This document shows, piece by piece, positions 25,079 through 25,177 of a DNA stretch of 25,177 nucleotides. The notes beneath the pieces are model-generated. The model was not told the origin of the DNA. It was given only the letters and a program-made list of their open reading frames with translations, and ran no database searches. Numbering within the stretch: the first letter of the stretch is position 1; every line of letters starts with the position of its first letter. Origin of the DNA: a virus (Duplodnaviria; Caudoviricetes); the IMG/VR virus record IMGVR_UViG_3300032330_000297, positions 1 to 25,177 of that record; one strand, written 5' to 3'. The position numbers and the translations under genes were made by a program.

Positions 25079-25177
25079 ACCAGTAGCTTGGATGGTAACA
25101 GTAGAAAATGACACAGAGTTTTTTATTGATGAAAAATGGTCTAAAAAACACGCAATTTTGCACAAAGTTGATGCTAT
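25068..25177 (+). CDS. Partial ORF, paralogous N-terminus to the 19951 gene (MNNKPVAW...)
   Basis: Open from ATG 25068 to the window end. Confidence 0.65.
   Translation, partial: MNNKPVAWMVTVENDTEFFIDEKWSKKHAILHKVDA

Larger units (their letters stand above)
1..25177. mobile_element. Tailed bacteriophage genome segment (podovirus-like virion module, lysis cassette, divergent early region)
   Basis: Dense, overlapping co-directional ORFs in the order scaffold-capsid-adaptor-nozzle-ejection-fibre-holin-endolysin; Cro-like HTH, SSB-like and exonuclease genes; no host housekeeping genes. Confidence 0.97.

Noticed and set aside
20074-25163. Opposite-strand track ORFs in the early region (20074-20271, 21426-21626, 22301-22501, 23625-23819, 23829-24026, 24651-24845, 24948-25163)
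   Set aside because: Antisense to coupled operon genes or promoters; no supporting signals.

Overview
Contiguous segment of a tailed dsDNA phage genome (podovirus-type morphogenesis genes; no host genes, integrase, tRNA or CRISPR seen). 1-19341 (+) is the late region: a fibre/lectin module (T/G-rich fibre, LamG/ConA+SPRY protein, chaperone), a TPR/GT9-type glycosyltransferase, scaffold, major capsid, decoration protein, adaptor, nozzle, GNAT protein, ejection proteins, short tail fibre plus chaperone, two holin-like genes and an M15 endolysin. 19338-22943 (-) and 23055-25177 (+) are divergent early operons (SSB-like protein, exonuclease with an in-frame stop, Cro-like HTH, many small ORFs). 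The most unusual content is non-coding. Five TTAAG-N4-CTTAA operators sit in sigma70-type promoters, with a Cro-like gene but no CI gene at the divergence point. A ~140-nt RNA (23302-23442) has two mutually exclusive long folds, one terminator-like, and its exposed bulge and tail are complementary to a GTGA(G/A)ATAGA leader motif found before four early genes. A second pseudoknotted RNA lies at 20985-21072 (-). Together these suggest an RNA-based regulatory circuit; this is inferred from pairing done by eye and is untested. Protein family calls come from motif recognition and synteny, not database searches.
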